Source of the DNA: Octopus sinensis
Taxonomy: Eukaryota
Reading direction: 5' to 3'
Assembly (NCBI RefSeq): GCF_006345805.1
Contig: NC_043001.1
Location: forward strand, 13,888,001 to 13,952,000
DNA: 64,000 nucleotides
The notes beneath the pieces were generated by a model. The model searched no databases. It was not told the origin of the DNA and was given only the letters and a program-made list of their open reading frames with translations. The translations under genes were made by a program, and so were the position numbers. Positions 63,978-64,000 of the stretch are shown piece after piece. Positions within the stretch are counted from its first letter, which is position 1. Each line of letters starts with the position of its first letter.

Positions 63978-64000
63978 TAAGGCGGCGAGCTGGCAGAAAC
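63978..64000 (+). mobile_element. SINE family C head, runs off the window
   Basis: AAGGCGGCGAGCTGGCAGAAAC. Confidence 0.8.

Overview
AT-rich, repeat-dense eukaryotic DNA, most likely an octopus (inferred from tRNA-Arg-headed OR1/OR2-like SINEs, Deu/Nin-like SINEs and abundant (TA)n, (CA)n, (GATA)n and (TAA)n tracts). No host protein-coding gene could be confidently identified. Most ORFs in the supplied track are microsatellite or SINE read-through. The recognisable coding remnants are all transposons: a near full-length DD34D mariner, a DD37D maT deletion derivative, a Tc1, a hAT, Penelope-like (PLE) RT and GIY-YIG fragments, and Tx1/L1, CR1, RTE and R4/Dong LINE fragments. Non-autonomous elements include Helitrons, MITEs and at least four SINE families. 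A few isolated splice-flanked segments may be exons of a long-intron gene (low confidence). Most notable results: (1) about 11 type I hammerhead-ribozyme-like motifs from several PLE pseudo-LTR families, with recurrent non-canonical cores (U6; U3 with A8; U.U at the base of stem II), three of them in fold-back or inverted-repeat cassettes; (2) SINE dimers and trimers each flanked by a single TSD pair; (3) a tandem Helitron whose empty site can be reconstructed from a paralogous segment in the same window; (4) Dong-like elements nested in (TAA)n arrays. All family assignments are by eye from motifs; no database searches were run.
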